From Thainema sp. (GTDB taxonomy: Bacteria > Cyanobacteriota > Cyanobacteriia > Phormidesmidales > Phormidesmidaceae), in assembly GCA_052168235.1 (NCBI GenBank), contig JBQLZK010000034.1:12128-76127 (forward strand): DNA of 64,000 nucleotides. The letters run 5' to 3'. The position numbers and the translations under genes are program-made. The notes below the pieces were generated by a model, which ran no database searches, was not told the DNA's origin, and was given only the letters and a program-made list of their open reading frames with translations. Positions 61,441 through 64,000 of the stretch are shown here, one piece after another; within the stretch, counting starts at the first letter, position 1; each line of letters opens with the position of its first letter.

Positions 61441-62949
61441 ATGCCCCGCATCCCCACGATCAAATTTGACCGAGGCACGCTGATTATCCATCCGCCACCG
61501 AGGGGGAAAGGCTGGATTGACTACGCCGTTTGGGATGACCGGATTGAGCGATTCCGGATTCCGGCCAATCACTACCGTCCCCTGGTGGAAGCGCTGCGAG
61601 CCGAAGGGGTGACGTTTGAAGATAAGGTATCAGCCTTTGAACCGCTGGAGCTGAACTCCCAGCTCACGAAAAAGCCCTATCCCCATCAGCAGGAAGCGCT
61701 GGACGCCTGGATCAAGAATAAGTGGCGCGGGGTAGTCGTGCTGCCCACCGCTGCCGGGAAAACCTATCTGGCGCAGATGGCGATGCAGGCCATACCGCGC
61801 AGTACGCTGATTACCGTGCCGACGCTGGATTTAATGCACCAGTGGTATGCCCAGTTGAAGACGGCATTTCCCAATGTGGAAGTCGGTCTACTCGGTGGTG
61901 GCTCCCGCGATCGCACCCCCATCCTCGTCTCAACCTACGACAGTGCCGCCATTCATGCGGAAAGCTTGGGCAACTTGTACGCCTTTCTGATCTGCGACGA
62001 GTGCCACCATTTACCGAGTGACTTTAATCGAGTGATCGCCGAATTTGCGATCGCACCTTATCGGCTGGGACTCACCGCCACACCCGATCGCTCCGATGGT
62101 CGGCATGAGGATTTAGACGAGCTGCTGGGCGAGGTAGTTTATCACCGCACCGCTGAGGATTTGGCCGGCAAAGCGCTGGCCGAACATGAGATTGTGCAAA
62201 TCAAAGTGGCGCTGTCCGAAATGGAACGGAAGCGCTACGACCAGTTGATTCAAGTGCGAAACGACTTTCTGCAACGCGAGAATATTTGGCTGGGCAGTCT
62301 GAACGGCTGGCAGCAGTTTGTGCGAGCCAGTGCGCGATCGCAGTCGGGTCGCCGCGCCATGCTAGCCCATCGGGAGGCGCGCAATATCGCGTTGGGTACA
62401 GAAGGCAAGATTCAGATTTTGGCCGATCTGCTGGCGGATCACCATCCGGAGCAGACGCTAATTTTTACTAACGACAACGCTACGGTCTATCGGATTTCCC
62501 AGGACTTTCTGATTCCGGCAATTACCCACCAAACGCCTGTTAAAGAGCGACACCAAATCCTACAAAATTTCCGGACGGGCGAGTATCGCACCCTCGTCGC
62601 CTCCCATGTGCTGAACGAGGGCGTAGACGTGCCGGAGGCTAGCATCGCCATTTTGCTGTCGGGCACAGGCTCAGCGCGGGAATATATTCAGCGATTAGGA
62701 CGAGTCTTACGGCGCGGCACGGGCGCGAAACAGGCAATTCTATATGAAGTTGTGGCAGAGGAAACCACCGAGGAAGGAGTCTCCAAACGGCGGCGACAAT
62801 CCACCCAAAAACGTAAAGCTAAGACTCAACTTGAACTAATTGCCCCTGAGCCGATTTACAATAAACAGTCTATGCCTCCGACCCGGCGAGCAGCCGAAGC
62901 AGAGGGTGACTGGCATTCGGATTCGTCTGAATCTCCGCCGGAACGCTGA
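61441..62949 (+). CDS. SF2 DEAD/DEAH helicase (XPB/Rad25-like)
   Basis: PYPHQ, LPTAAGKT, DECHH, LTAT, LNEGVD, QRLGRVLR. Confidence 0.9.
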   Translation: MPRIPTIKFDRGTLIIHPPPRGKGWIDYAVWDDRIERFRIPANHYRPLVEALRAEGVTFEDKVSAFEPLELNSQLTKKPYPHQQEALDAWIKNKWRGVVVLPTAAGKTYLAQMAMQAIPRSTLITVPTLDLMHQWYAQLKTAFPNVEVGLLGGGSRDRTPILVSTYDSAAIHAESLGNLYAFLICDECHHLPSDFNRVIAEFAIAPYRLGLTATPDRSDGRHEDLDELLGEVVYHRTAEDLAGKALAEHEIVQIKVALSEMERKRYDQLIQVRNDFLQRENIWLGSLNGWQQFVRASARSQSGRRAMLAHREARNIALGTEGKIQILADLLADHHPEQTLIFTNDNATVYRISQDFLIPAITHQTPVKERHQILQNFRTGEYRTLVASHVLNEGVDVPEASIAILLSGTGSAREYIQRLGRVLRRGTGAKQAILYEVVAEETTEEGVSKRRRQSTQKRKAKTQLELIAPEPIYNKQSMPPTRRAAEAEGDWHSDSSESPPER

Positions 62950-62971
62950 ATATAAATCGATTTCAAACCCG

Positions 62972-63892
62972 ATGGCCATGCATACTTTTCTGCCGATCGC
63001 ATATTTTCAAAATCAGTTTGTCCCGTTTGAACAGGCCAATATTTCCATTGCCACCCATGCCCTGCATTACGGCACAGGTGCGTTCGGTGGTTTGCGTGGC
63101 ATCCCTGATCCGCAAAATTCGGATCAGATCTTGCTGTTCCGTCTGGATCGCCACTGCCAGCGGTTGAGCAACAGCGCTCGCTTTCTTCAGTTTGACCTGC
63201 CTGCGGACAAGATTCAGCAGGTGATTGTCGATTTCGTCAAAAAGAATGCGCCGAGTACGTCATTTTATATTCGCCCCTTTGTCTACACATCAGACTTGGG
63301 CATTGCGCCCCGTTTGCACAATGTCCAGAAGGATTTCTTTGTCTACGGTCTAGAGCTGGGCGATTATCTCTCGCCCGATGGCGTTAGCTGCCGGATCAGC
63401 TCCTGGTATCGACAGGAAGACCGCAGTTTGCCGCTGCGCGGTAAGATTAGCGGTGCCTACATCACCTCCTCAATGGCGAAGACAGAAGCGGTAGAATCCG
63501 GTTTTGATGAAGCGATTCTGATGAACTCCCAGGGCAAGGTCAGCGAGGCATCCGGCATGAATGTCTTTGTGATCCGCAACGGTAAGCTGATTACGCCAGG
63601 TTATGAGCAGGACATCCTGGAAGGGATTACCCGTGACAGCGTGCTGACCATCGCGCGGGATCTGGGCATTGAAGTAGTCGAGCGGCCAATCGATAAAACC
63701 GAGTTACTGATTGCCGACGAGGTCTTCCTCAGCGGCACAGCGGCAAAGATTACACCCGTCAAGCAAATCGAGAACTATAAGCTCTCAACCGATCGTCCGA
63801 TTACGGACAAGCTGCGCGACAAACTCACGGCCATCACCGAAAACCGCGACCCTGATTACCAAGACTGGGTATTTGCGATCGCGCTTAAATAG
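62972..63892 (+). CDS. ilvE: Branched-chain amino acid aminotransferase
   Basis: ALHYGTGAFGG, KISGAY, EASGMN, ILEGITR, EVFLSGTAA; start ATG 62972 or 62978. Confidence 0.92.
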   Translation: MAMHTFLPIAYFQNQFVPFEQANISIATHALHYGTGAFGGLRGIPDPQNSDQILLFRLDRHCQRLSNSARFLQFDLPADKIQQVIVDFVKKNAPSTSFYIRPFVYTSDLGIAPRLHNVQKDFFVYGLELGDYLSPDGVSCRISSWYRQEDRSLPLRGKISGAYITSSMAKTEAVESGFDEAILMNSQGKVSEASGMNVFVIRNGKLITPGYEQDILEGITRDSVLTIARDLGIEVVERPIDKTELLIADEVFLSGTAAKITPVKQIENYKLSTDRPITDKLRDKLTAITENRDPDYQDWVFAIALK

Positions 63893-64000
63893 CTCAAACT
63901 GTGTAGGTTGGGTTGAGCAACGCGAAACCCAACGTATGAAGTAATGTGAGGCGAGAGCGATTATCTTAAAAGTCAAGTCGAAAGGAGGTCAATTACGTCA

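Overview
Chromosomal segment of a cyanobacterium: the HIP1 octamer GCGATCGC is abundant and ndhM and hetZ-patU are present. It is probably filamentous; heterocyst status cannot be determined from this window. It holds about 50 CDS, one tRNA-Ser(GGA) and a dense population of small palindromic repeats (GTAG-type REPs, TIR-bounded MITE-like elements, long perfect hairpins). The clearest system is an NtcA-box plus guanidine-I riboswitch-controlled guanidine catabolism operon (gdmH, hypA-like, hypB-like, ABC transporter; 14.2-20.2 kb). Its riboswitch carries a ~135-nt internal expansion, and a co-oriented Rieske oxygenase with an atypical Cys at the bridging-acid position follows it; this may be an undescribed N-demethylation branch. 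Other leads: a HetR-like box near rlpA and a DIF1-like hexamer before hetZ; a probable ACG start for recR; an orphan DUF4157 (eCIS-type) multidomain effector; a P-loop ATPase plus 120-bp-repeat TPR gene pair; and a variable island (47.9-52.7 kb) with an AT-rich PD-(D/E)xK protein, a structured leader with a possible antisense promoter and a dead vapC. All product calls come from motif recognition by eye; no database searches were run.
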